Source: an uncultured Lentisphaeria bacterium
Lineage (GTDB): Bacteria; Verrucomicrobiota; Lentisphaeria; JABSQK01; JAJFLO01
Reading direction: 5' to 3'
DNA length: 32,000 bases
Assembly: GCA_951812855.1 (NCBI GenBank)
Contig: OX638337.1
Location: 360,001 to 392,000 of the forward strand
Part shown: piece after piece, positions 19,210 to 28,306 of the stretch
How positions within the stretch are numbered: the stretch's first letter is position 1
Layout: the number at the start of each line of letters is the position of its first letter
The notes under the pieces: generated by a model
Told to the model about the DNA's origin: nothing
The model's input: the letters and a program-made list of their open reading frames with translations, nothing else
Databases searched by the model: none
Position numbers and translations under genes: made by a program

Positions 19210-20317
19210 AGTATTATTCCTGACCGGAGACAAGGTTGACGGCCTTTCACCCGCAACGCGCATGCGTGTCCACTACTACTTGAAACTTCTCCCCGAATAT
19301 GAGATTGAACCCGTCGTGTCCCCATCATGGATTTCCGTGTATTTTTATCAATACCCGGTGATACAAAAATTAATCACGCAATTTCCACCAATTCGGTATC
19401 CAGTCAAGGCTCTGGTTTTACCCATAATGATTCTGGGACGTCTCATAGATATTTGCCGAAGCTTGCACTATAACGTTGTTGTTATGCAGCGGGACCTGAT
19501 TCCCATTGGCATACCGCTTATTGAAAAACTGTTAATCAAAGTCAATCCCAATGTCATATTTGATTTTGATGACGCAATTTATATGAATTATCAAAGGCCA
19601 ACTAACTGGTTGAGCAAAGGGTTGTGGAATAGAGATAAAATCGGAACATTAGTTAAAGCATCTAAAGCAATAACAGCAGGAAATCACTCTCTTCAGAAGT
19701 GGGCACTGAATTGGAACAGCTGTGTCCATATTATTCCTACATGCATTGATATTTCAAACTACAAACCACATAATTATGACCTCCCCGTCAGTGAATCGAT
19801 AATCCTTGGCTGGATCGGCAGTGATGGAAATCTTCCCTGCCTTTATGATCTCTATCCGTTATTTGATGATTTAGCAGTCAAATATCCCCATGTTCAACTG
19901 AAGATAGTCTGTGGTATTATGCCCAGACGACCTGAAAAAATGCCACTTACATACCAAAAGTGGTCGCTTGAGTCTGAGGCGGATCTCATTTCTAAATTTG
20001 ACATTGGCTTGATGCCACTTAGCAACAGTGAATGGGCCAGAGGGAAATGCGGCGGTAAAATACTTCAATATTTCGCATCTGCATTACCTGTTATTGCCTC
20101 TCCCGTTGGGGTTAATCAAAGTATTATTGAAAATGGCCAAAACGGTTTTTTAGCGAATAATGACGATGAATGGCACGATAGTCTGAAAAAATTAATTGAT
20201 TCTCCAAAATTAAGAAAATCATTCGGTATCTCTGCCCGAAAAAAAATTGAGGACAACTTTACCACGGAGAGATGGGTTCAAAAGCTTGCTGAAATATTAA
20301 AAAAAACCGCAAAATAA
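19193..20317 (+). CDS. GT4 family (GT-B) glycosyltransferase
   Basis: 374 aa. The C-terminal domain GGKILQYFASALPVIASPVGVNQSIIENGQNGFLANNDDEW is an EX7E-like region. It overlaps the upstream gene by 17 nt. Confidence 0.85.
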   Translation: MSKMLRVLFLTGDKVDGLSPATRMRVHYYLKLLPEYEIEPVVSPSWISVYFYQYPVIQKLITQFPPIRYPVKALVLPIMILGRLIDICRSLHYNVVVMQRDLIPIGIPLIEKLLIKVNPNVIFDFDDAIYMNYQRPTNWLSKGLWNRDKIGTLVKASKAITAGNHSLQKWALNWNSCVHIIPTCIDISNYKPHNYDLPVSESIILGWIGSDGNLPCLYDLYPLFDDLAVKYPHVQLKIVCGIMPRRPEKMPLTYQKWSLESEADLISKFDIGLMPLSNSEWARGKCGGKILQYFASALPVIASPVGVNQSIIENGQNGFLANNDDEWHDSLKKLIDSPKLRKSFGISARKKIEDNFTTERWVQKLAEILKKTAK

Positions 20318-20327
20318 CTGTATGCCC

Positions 20328-21241
20328 TCATACTTTAATTTTACACAATTTCCGGATAGTGTATGCAGCAGCAGCCAATAATACGTTCATGTCATCGCCT
20401 TTAATACCTTTCAGGAAATTTCCAGACAATCTGAAATCTTCTTTGAGACGTCCTGTTACCGGTTCAATTGCTGCCCGTCGACGCAATTGCCTTTTGAGTT
20501 TCTGTTTTTGATACTCTGTCAGTTTTCTGCGAAGCTTATCCGCATTGATAATTTGAGTAGACTCGATTACCTTTTTACCTCGCTAACCGTGATCAATGAT
20601 GGCTGATCCTGCCCGGACTCCTCGACTCGTTTCCATGTCTGTTAATACTTCAGGCAATGTCTGTGCGACGTAACAATTCGTTTCAAAATTCAGTACACTG
20701 ACAATGATCCCTGATGTCTTTGTCATCGCAATCGAAACCTTAGAACCCGATTCATGTTTTTTATAATCTTTACCCTTGCTTATACAGTAAACATCACGTT
20801 CATGCAGACTGTAAATTTTATTGCTGTGATTACGCTTCTGCAATACTACTTCTTTGAAACCGTTAAGATCATCTTTGTAAATCCAATAAGCTTCCGTAAT
20901 TTTCAGACAGTCTTCAGCAATCTTACGATGACGTCTGGGTATCTGCAGGAAACGTGATGTCATTTCTCTTGAACCGTCGTGTCAACTACAACTTCATCTT
21001 CAAGCACCGGACGGCCATGAAGATGAACTGTCAGCTGAAAAATCTTCTTTACTTCTTCTCTGCCTGTCCGATGACAAAAATGAACCCGGTCTGATGGATC
21101 ACAGGGAAAATTCCACAGACACTCTGATTCACCACTGAGATTTTGAACCCAGCCTTCAACAACTGTCTCATCTCCATGGACTGCACATTTTTTATACTGT
21201 CTTGCCCCCATCGGTATAATTGATGGCCGGGGCAGTTTCTT
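20328..21241 (-). mobile_element. IS5-family transposase remnant (5'-truncated, nonsense and frameshift mutations)
   Basis: Minus-strand fragments lie in several frames. They include KLPRPSIIPMGARQYKKCAVHGDETVVEGWVQN ... FPCDPSDRVHF ... VVVDTTVQEK (InsH-type N domain and start of the DDE domain), NDITFPAD in another frame, and KIYSLHERDVYCISKGKDYKKHESGSKVSIAMT ... AIIDHG*RG. That last stop is an in-frame TAG at 20583-20585 where DRGYRG is expected. The tail is RRAAIEPVTGRLKEDFRLSGNFLKGIKGDDMNVLLAAAAYTIRKL*. No terminal inverted repeats were found. Confidence 0.75.
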
Positions 21242-21626
21242 GGTTTACGGTTACCCGGTATTGAAAGCCGGACGCTGTCCAACGGTCCGGAATTATTTCT
21301 GATATGGATAATGTGATGATAAATGAAAGTATGTTCGCCGGGAATACTGGAAAATTAGTACTGAGAAGAATACCTGGAGAACTACGGCCTGATAATTTAT
21401 GGGATCGACCCAAACAAGGGTTTTCTGCACCTGGTTACGCCGACAGGGGGAATTCATTCCATCGATACCGAATCAAATGCTTCATGATTATTTAAGCAAA
21501 GATCAATTATCAGGAGAGAATATTTTTGACGTCACATTTGTTGAAAAACTTATTAATGATCACGAGCAGGGATTGAAAATATTGTTTGTAGACACTGTTG
21601 ATGTGGTAAATGTGGAGAGAATTTGA
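21242..21626 (+). pseudogene. 3' remnant of a second asparagine synthase-like amidotransferase gene
   Basis: Fragments GIESRT.., KLVLRRIPGELRPDNLWDRPKQGFSAP and (after a frameshift) WLRR ... NIFDVTFVEKLINDHEQG ... VERI* parallel the last 120 or so residues of the intact AsnB at 25523..27400 (GLEVRSPFLD ... KKILIDTF ... RPKMGFGVPIARWIRHEW ... ELISIHLQEK ... LELW). The remnant stop overlaps the start of the next GT4 gene. Confidence 0.6.
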
Positions 21627-22723
21627 TCAAAAAAATTAATCTTTTATACCTTTGCAACTCACCACAGGTATGTGCAGGTGTAGAAAAAACTGTGTTGCTG
21701 CTAAATAACCACCTTGATAAAGAGCGATTCAACATTCGGTTCATATTAAATGCCGATGGTCCGTTTGCAGAAGAACTGATGGCTTCCAATGCCGATGTTG
21801 AAATTATCAAATTTAGTGGTCGTTATTCGCCAGCCTGGCAACGAGAAATTAAAGAATCACTGACAAAACGCCCAGCGGAGGTGGTACAATTGCATCTCAG
21901 CAGGTTAAATGCTCCGTTACTTCAAAAACTTGGAGCACGCGTCGTTGAACGACTGAATATGGTGCGACACAGATCATTCTCGTATCCCATGCAATGGCAT
22001 TGGCTGGATAATTTCACGGCAAATTGGATCGATAAATTTATTGTTGTTTCTGATTCACTGAAACATGATTTTATTTCACGTGGATATACAGATTCGAAAA
22101 TTAGTGTTATACATAATGGAATTGACGTACCTTCAAACGTGTCTCCAGTAAATTTGAGAGAAGAATTTGGTATCCCCCAAAATCATTGGATCATAGGGAC
22201 ACTGTGTAGATTGACGGAGCAAAAAGGAGTCGATACATTTTTACAAACGGCCTGCAGGGTGTCGGGAGAATTTGACAACGTCCATTTTATGATTGCAGGG
22301 GATGGAGAATTACGGTCACAGCTTGAAGAACAAGCGAATTCTTTAAAGATTAAGTCAAAAGTTCATTTCCTTGGTTTTCGACAAAATGCCCTGAACACCC
22401 TTGCAGCATTTGATATTTTCATGTATTTAAGTCGTTGGGAACCCTTCGCAAATACTATATTGGAATCACTGGCTGCAGGAACACCAATCATCGCATCAAA
22501 TGTTGGTGGAAATAGAGAGGCAATTAAAGATGACTTCAATGGATTATTAGTCCCCCCATGTGACCCGATTAAAGCGGCTGAATGTACAATTGCTGTCATG
22601 ACGGATAAATCTCTAAAAGCCAGGTTAACTGCAAACGGCAAAAAATCTGTTAACTCATATACAATTGAGAAAATGGTCCGTGATCACAGTCTACTTTATG
22701 AAGCCCTGGTCAATAAACCGTAA
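21623..22723 (+). CDS. GT4 family glycosyltransferase
   Basis: 366 aa. RLTEQKGVD, MIAGDGELR and SRWEPFANTILESLAAGTPIIASNVGGNREAIKDDFNGLLVPP (EX7E). TTG start. Confidence 0.9.
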   Translation: MIKKINLLYLCNSPQVCAGVEKTVLLLNNHLDKERFNIRFILNADGPFAEELMASNADVEIIKFSGRYSPAWQREIKESLTKRPAEVVQLHLSRLNAPLLQKLGARVVERLNMVRHRSFSYPMQWHWLDNFTANWIDKFIVVSDSLKHDFISRGYTDSKISVIHNGIDVPSNVSPVNLREEFGIPQNHWIIGTLCRLTEQKGVDTFLQTACRVSGEFDNVHFMIAGDGELRSQLEEQANSLKIKSKVHFLGFRQNALNTLAAFDIFMYLSRWEPFANTILESLAAGTPIIASNVGGNREAIKDDFNGLLVPPCDPIKAAECTIAVMTDKSLKARLTANGKKSVNSYTIEKMVRDHSLLYEALVNKP

Positions 22724-22762
22724 AATGTATGATTGACAGTGATTGTCTCAATTTTACGAAGG

Positions 22763-22796
22763 GTCTGGAGTTCCGCCTGAAGGCGGAACTCCAGAC
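22763..22796 (+). other. Perfect 15-bp stem / 4-nt loop hairpin (possible intra-operon terminator, attenuator or mRNA stabiliser)
   Basis: GTCTGGAGTTCCGCC tgaa GGCGGAACTCCAGAC, 40 nt after the GT4 stop. It is GC-rich against an AT-rich background and has no U-tract downstream. Confidence 0.5.
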
Positions 22797-22965
22797 TGAC
22801 ACCTAAACCCCTTAGGGTAAAGGACATTGCATTCATCCTGAGTTTCTGATAATTTCGATCGGATCGTTTATGGATAATGGTTCATATTAGTAACAAATCT
22901 TCATCTGGTATTGAAAAAATCACTGCGGATCTCACACGTAAAATAATTTTAGAAGTAAGGAAAAC

Positions 22966-24297
22966 GTGCTCGAATATTTAAAAAACATCCCGCGAAACGT
23001 TAAAATTATACTTGCCATAGCGTTTCTTCTTCGAATTACTGTTTGGTTAGGCGGTATAGCTGATCCGGGCAGATTCTTAGAGCCGGACTCAACAGACTAT
23101 TTACACCTTGCAGAAGCCATTGACACAAAGTTTCACTATACCAAACAGGGTCAGGTTGAAATCTTCAGAGCTCCGGGATATTCCTTCCTGATTGCATTGC
23201 TCAAAAAAATCTCTGACTCAAATGCGTTTATATGTTTTATTCAGGTTATTTTAGATACAGTACTGTGTTTCCTGGTGTGGCGTTTAGCCAGCCATATCTT
23301 TAACGATCATACAGCAATAACAGCACTTGTACTACAATGTATCAGTATCGTCTCCATTACATTTTCAGTAAAAATATTGTCTGATTCCATTTACGCTTTT
23401 CTGCTTTTACTGTTTTTAAATATCCTGCATGAAACTTGGTATGCCGATGAAAATAAAACTAAAGAAATGTTCAACAGCACAAATTTGGCAATTGCCTGTG
23501 GAGTGGTTTTAAGTTTGATGATCTATTTGCGAGCTATAACACTTTTATATATTTATATTCCAATGGTAATGCTTCTCGTGGGGAAACAGATTAAAAAGGC
23601 ACTCGTCGCAAGCATTATTGTGATTATATGCATTTCCCCCTGGTATTTCAGAAATTACAGCAAAGCGAACTACCCGCATTTCAGCAGTGTCGGAGCAATC
23701 AATTTATATCGATACAACGCCTGCCTGTTGTTAGCCGACAAAAATAATCGCTCATTTAATGAGCAGCAGGCCTTGATTGATAACGAATTTTCTAAATTCA
23801 AGTCTCAGTTCGAATTAGCCGCCTTTGCCGCAAAACGTGGAAAAGAAGAAATTTTAAAATCCCCCCTTCGTTACACATGGCTTCATATGAAAGCGAATAT
23901 AAATAATTTTCTTCCTGCAGGAGGAATAACTGCAGATATGTTCGGTTTTAAGATTGGAGAACGAAATACATTAGGTTTGCTTCATTCACAGGGAATTGTC
24001 GTTGGAATAGACAATTATTTCCATGATCAGTGGTGGCTGTTTTTTTGTCTTGTTCCTACAATAATTTTGTCGGGATTCGTTTATTGTTTGTCCATCGTTG
24101 GCATTTCTAACTGTTTAAGAATTCAAAAATTATCCCTCTTTGAACTCGTTCTGATTTTAAGTATGTGTTATTTTTTACTTGTCCCGGGCGGAGCAGCTCA
24201 TCCTCGATTCAGGGTTCCGGCAACTCCAATTTTATCGATATTTGCTGCAGTCGGTTTTGCATGTCTTAGAAAACGCTATTATTCAAAAGCTAAATGA
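22966..24297 (+). CDS. GT-C fold integral-membrane glycosyltransferase (ArnT/PMT-like, GT39/GT83-like)
   Basis: 443 aa, polytopic. The first-loop motif PDSTDYLHLAEAI ... FRAPGYSFLIALL resembles the DxxxY / RPPxYP region of ArnT/PMT-type enzymes. GTG start with AAGGA RBS. An O-antigen polymerase or ligase cannot be excluded. Confidence 0.65.
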   Translation: MLEYLKNIPRNVKIILAIAFLLRITVWLGGIADPGRFLEPDSTDYLHLAEAIDTKFHYTKQGQVEIFRAPGYSFLIALLKKISDSNAFICFIQVILDTVLCFLVWRLASHIFNDHTAITALVLQCISIVSITFSVKILSDSIYAFLLLLFLNILHETWYADENKTKEMFNSTNLAIACGVVLSLMIYLRAITLLYIYIPMVMLLVGKQIKKALVASIIVIICISPWYFRNYSKANYPHFSSVGAINLYRYNACLLLADKNNRSFNEQQALIDNEFSKFKSQFELAAFAAKRGKEEILKSPLRYTWLHMKANINNFLPAGGITADMFGFKIGERNTLGLLHSQGIVVGIDNYFHDQWWLFFCLVPTIILSGFVYCLSIVGISNCLRIQKLSLFELVLILSMCYFLLVPGGAAHPRFRVPATPILSIFAAVGFACLRKRYYSKAK

Positions 24298-25382
24298 GAA
24301 TCTTATTTGTTATTACAGAACTCTGCGAGGGGGGAGCAGAAAATGCACTTAGACATATTGCCTGGAGACTGCATGATCAAGGTCATAAAATAAAGGTGAT
24401 TTGCTTGTATGGTGATAATGGTGATATCGCCATTTTTCTCAAAGAGAAAAATATACCTGTCGAATGTCTTGAAGTTGTTTCCTTATGGGATTTACCAAAT
24501 TTACTTAAGTTAAAGAAAATTACAGCAGAATTTCAACCGGACATTATACATTCCTGGCTGTTTCATGCTAATTTTTTTATCCGCTTTTTCATCCCTGAAT
24601 CGATCCCTTTAATATGCAGTCTGAGAGTCGTCGAGCCTCGAAAAACCCACATCTTATTTGACCGTTGGACTCGTAAACGAGTTGAAAAATATCTATGTGT
24701 GTCTGGCAATGTATCAAATTTTGCACAAAAAATACTGCATATATCAAAAGATAAATGCGAGGTAATCAACAATGGAGTAGACTATGAATTCTTTGCGACT
24801 TCTCGTACTCAAAATCGTGAATTCACCAAAATTAACGGACTTACTATAGGACGCTTAACCCATCAAAAAGGAATCGATATCCTGTTAAAATCTCTATTAC
24901 ACTTACCGGATAATCTATATTGGACCTGGAAAATAATTGGCAATGCACCAGAACCAAAATACGCTGACTATTTAAGGCAGCTGGCAATTGATCTTAATAT
25001 TGCTAAAAATATCGAATGGTATGGTTTTGTAGAGCGTAAAAAAATTGTCGCATATTTCGAGAATTCGAATCTATTCATTCTACCCTCCCGATGGGAAGGG
25101 CAGGCAAATGTAATTTTCGAAGCAATGGCTGCAGGTATACCTGTGATGGCTTCCTCAAGACATGGTCTGGATGAAGTGTTAAACGAAAATTCGAACTGTT
25201 TACAGATAATTGTAGAAAATAAACCGGAGGTATGGTCGAAGGCAATTATTGACTTCTGGTCAAATAAATCCCAAATGCAATCTCACATTTCAAATGGAAT
25301 TGACCTAACCCAATCACTAACATGGGAAAAAGTAACTCTTAAGCATATTGCTGTTTATAACTCCGCCATAAACAGCCTTTAA
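24294..25382 (+). CDS. GT4 family glycosyltransferase
   Basis: 362 aa. RILFVITELCEGGAE, RLTHQKGID and SRWEGQANVIFEAMAAGIPVMAS. ATGA overlap with the upstream gene. Confidence 0.9.
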   Translation: MRILFVITELCEGGAENALRHIAWRLHDQGHKIKVICLYGDNGDIAIFLKEKNIPVECLEVVSLWDLPNLLKLKKITAEFQPDIIHSWLFHANFFIRFFIPESIPLICSLRVVEPRKTHILFDRWTRKRVEKYLCVSGNVSNFAQKILHISKDKCEVINNGVDYEFFATSRTQNREFTKINGLTIGRLTHQKGIDILLKSLLHLPDNLYWTWKIIGNAPEPKYADYLRQLAIDLNIAKNIEWYGFVERKKIVAYFENSNLFILPSRWEGQANVIFEAMAAGIPVMASSRHGLDEVLNENSNCLQIIVENKPEVWSKAIIDFWSNKSQMQSHISNGIDLTQSLTWEKVTLKHIAVYNSAINSL

Positions 25383-25522
25383 CAGAGGTTATTAAAATTA
25401 CGTTTCCTGAAGGTCAATTATTATGATACCGATCGGTGACGTGCTGCTTTTTGCGTTTTTAACAATTCTATTTCTATATCATTACTAATTAGATTAAACA
25501 CCAAACGAAACTCATTTTAAAA

Positions 25523-27400
25523 ATGTGTGGAATCGCCGGTATAACTGATCCAGAAACTCCTCCGACTTTAGACCTTCTGAAGGCAATGGCAAAACCATTG
25601 GAAAAGCGAGGACCTGATGATTTTGGATATTATCAAAACAGGCATGTCGGTCTGGTACATCAACGACTTTCGATTATTGATATCAGTGGTGGACACCAAC
25701 CTATTTTTAATGAAGATAAAAGTTTAGCGATTGTTTTTAATGGCGAAATTTACGATTATAAAAACCTAAGACAACGCCTTGTAAAAAACGGGCATCAGTT
25801 TACAACTCAATCAGATACAGAAGTGCTCATCCATCTGTTTGAAGATGAAGGCCCAAATTTTTTAAACCTTATAAACGGCATGTTTGCTTTGGCAGTTTAC
25901 AATTGTAATAACGGTGAATTGTTTATTGCCAGGGATCGCCTGGGACAAAAACCACTTTTTTACAGTTGTCACGATTCGAGGTTTGCGTTTGCCAGCGGAC
26001 CGTCATCTCTATTACCCATTGACTGGATTGATCAAACAATCAATACCAGAGCCATTCATGACTACCTTGAATATCAGTATTTACCGACACCGCAATCAAT
26101 CTTTGTCAGCATCAATAAACTGGAACCCGGAAGTTATGCAGTTTGGAATAACCGGGCATTACAAATACATCAATTTTGGCGTCCTCATATCACCGGGACT
26201 TACAGTTTAAGCTATTCCGACGCAAAAGAAGAACTGAACAACAAACTAACCACTGCTGTCAGTAAGCGATTAGTCGCGGATGTTCCGGTTGGGTTATTTC
26301 TATCAGGCGGTATGGATTCCAGTCTGATCTGTGCACTGGCACAAAACCAACTCGATCAGCAAGCCCATACATTTTCAATAGGTTTCCCGGAGAAAAAATT
26401 TGATGAACGGGATTTCGCAAAACAAGTTTCTGACTACCTTGGAACAAAACATCATTTCCTGGAAGTCAAACCAAATGATTTTGACCATCTTAAAGAAATT
26501 GTCAGTGACTGTGAAGAACCCTTTTGTGATGCATCGATCCTGCCGACATCATTACTTTCAAAATTCACAAAAGAATATGTAACGGTGGCCTTAAGCGGTG
26601 ATGGTGCTGATGAATTTTTCGGTGGTTATTATCGATATCGGATCATCCACATGTGTCAATGGTTAACAATCGTTCCAAAATCAGTACGGAAGACATTGTG
26701 TGCGATTATTCTAAAAATACTTCCGCCTAAAAAAGAAGAACGAACTTTCCGGGGCAGAATACGCCGCCTTGTGGAAATCAATGATTGTGAAGGTTTACAA
26801 CAGTATCTAAAGCTGATATCCCGCTGTCCCGCTTCGCTAAAAACAAGTCTCTATGGTGAAGCAATGACACAAAACAGCAGTCTGCCGGACTCACTTCATG
26901 TATTAGAACGGTTTGAAACTGACACGAGTAGTAACAGCAAATTTGTTGAGAAAATCATGGAAATAGATATTCAAAGCTATCTTAACGACGATATTCTTGT
27001 AAAGGTTGATCGTGCAAGCATGAAATATGGACTTGAAGTCAGAAGTCCATTTCTTGACGTGGATGTCGCTGAATTTGCTATGAGTTTACCTTATGAATGG
27101 AAACAGCATGGTGTAACACGAAAGAAAATCCTCATTGATACGTTTAGCAAATACCTGCCGGCAGAAATATTCCATCGTCCAAAAATGGGATTTGGAGTGC
27201 CCATTGCCCGCTGGATACGCCATGAATGGAAAGAAAACGTTCAATCCCTGCTGCTTTCCGGCTCTCTGGTAAACAAAAATCTGTTTAATAAAGAGAAGTT
27301 AGAAGAATTAATTTCGATTCACCTTCAGGAAAAAGCCGATTTTAGTTATACGATATTCGCACTATTGGTTTTAGAACTATGGCTCGAACAAAAGGTATAG
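25523..27400 (+). CDS. Asparagine synthase (glutamine-hydrolysing)-family amidotransferase
   Basis: 625 aa. N-terminal nucleophile MCGIAG, HRGPDD-like RGPDDFG, PP-loop LSGGMDSS, and C-terminal EVRSPFLD. Its position at the end of a glycan cluster suggests a WbpS-like sugar amidotransferase rather than housekeeping AsnB. Confidence 0.85.
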   Translation: MCGIAGITDPETPPTLDLLKAMAKPLEKRGPDDFGYYQNRHVGLVHQRLSIIDISGGHQPIFNEDKSLAIVFNGEIYDYKNLRQRLVKNGHQFTTQSDTEVLIHLFEDEGPNFLNLINGMFALAVYNCNNGELFIARDRLGQKPLFYSCHDSRFAFASGPSSLLPIDWIDQTINTRAIHDYLEYQYLPTPQSIFVSINKLEPGSYAVWNNRALQIHQFWRPHITGTYSLSYSDAKEELNNKLTTAVSKRLVADVPVGLFLSGGMDSSLICALAQNQLDQQAHTFSIGFPEKKFDERDFAKQVSDYLGTKHHFLEVKPNDFDHLKEIVSDCEEPFCDASILPTSLLSKFTKEYVTVALSGDGADEFFGGYYRYRIIHMCQWLTIVPKSVRKTLCAIILKILPPKKEERTFRGRIRRLVEINDCEGLQQYLKLISRCPASLKTSLYGEAMTQNSSLPDSLHVLERFETDTSSNSKFVEKIMEIDIQSYLNDDILVKVDRASMKYGLEVRSPFLDVDVAEFAMSLPYEWKQHGVTRKKILIDTFSKYLPAEIFHRPKMGFGVPIARWIRHEWKENVQSLLLSGSLVNKNLFNKEKLEELISIHLQEKADFSYTIFALLVLELWLEQKV

Positions 27401-27463
27401 CATTATACAAAGCCTTCCCTTATACCTCACTATAACTATAAGTCGATTCAAACTGTTAATTAT

Positions 27464-28195
27464 TTATTTGTGTGAATCACACAATTTATTCGACACAGGT
27501 TGAGTTGTTCGGCATTGAGGAAACATCGTCTTTTTATATTCCGCAGCAAACTTATCTGCCAACCTCGCAGGTTCAGGAATACGATATTTGGTCGTTACAG
27601 CCATAACAAATTCAACAGCTTTTTCCAACGAGATTTTATGTCCTGCCGAAACAAAAATCTCTTTTATATTTGACCGTGACCGCAGGGCTGCTCCAATTCG
27701 TTTCCCCTTGTGTTTAACAAAACACATATCTCCCTTATCTTCGCCTACTTCCGTATAAGTTCCACATAATAAACTCTTAGCACACCCTATAGATGGTATT
27801 TGAGTAATTAAACCCAAATGACAGGCAATACCAAATCGCCGCGGATGAATTAGACCCTGGCCGTCAGTAAATATAATGTCCGGTATAGTCTGCAGTTTCT
27901 TAAATGCTTTGATAATGACAGGAATTTCTCTAAACGAAAGAAGCCCGGGAATATAGGGATAGTTTACCGTTTCACATGCACAGACAGATTCTATGATTTC
28001 CAAAGTATTAAAATCTAAAACGACAACTGCTGCTATGCCAATATTGTCCCTGAATGCTAAATCAATACCCGCAACTCGTTGAACATTTTCAGGATATCCG
28101 TCAGTTATAATCTTTGAGGAATATTTTTTCTGAATTGCGATCGCATGTCCGGAGTTAATATTCCAGTCATGAAATTGATATAATTTCATATTCAA
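27464..28195 (-). CDS. nfi: Endonuclease V
   Basis: 243 aa. AGIDLAF ... YPYIPGLLSFREIPVIIKAF ... PDIIFTDGQGLIHPRRFGIACHLGL ... IGCAKS matches the endonuclease V core. The track start is TTG at 28195; the ATG at 28189 is the more likely start. Confidence 0.9.
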   Translation of the reverse strand: MNMKLYQFHDWNINSGHAIAIQKKYSSKIITDGYPENVQRVAGIDLAFRDNIGIAAVVVLDFNTLEIIESVCACETVNYPYIPGLLSFREIPVIIKAFKKLQTIPDIIFTDGQGLIHPRRFGIACHLGLITQIPSIGCAKSLLCGTYTEVGEDKGDMCFVKHKGKRIGAALRSRSNIKEIFVSAGHKISLEKAVEFVMAVTTKYRIPEPARLADKFAAEYKKTMFPQCRTTQPVSNKLCDSHK

Positions 28196-28306
28196 TGGAT
28201 GATCATTTAATCTTTAAAACAGACGATAATGTTCAAATACGCGTTTAATAAAAGACTCTGGAAAAATACGATTCTTAATACAAAATCAATTGTCTGAACA
28301 TAGTTT

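Noticed and set aside
2360-20585. In-frame TAA/TAG codons in several genes, considered as evidence of stop-codon reassignment or programmed read-through.
   Set aside because: TAA, TAG and TGA each terminate well-conserved intact genes at the expected positions: prfA, nrdB and wzm end in TAA, nrdA and wzt in TAG, and the 314-aa ORF in TGA. RF1 is intact, and the affected genes also carry frameshifts. Ordinary pseudogenisation or sequencing error explains them better.
21192-21240. Plus-strand reading ..IIDGRGSFLVYG.., considered as a further upstream part of the asnB remnant (DRxSMA region).
   Set aside because: The minus strand here encodes KLPRPSIIPMGARQYKKCAVHGDETVVEGW. This matches the IS5-family GRPxxxxRxMxGxxxLKxxxxLSDExVVExW block much better, so the IS/asnB junction was placed near 21242.
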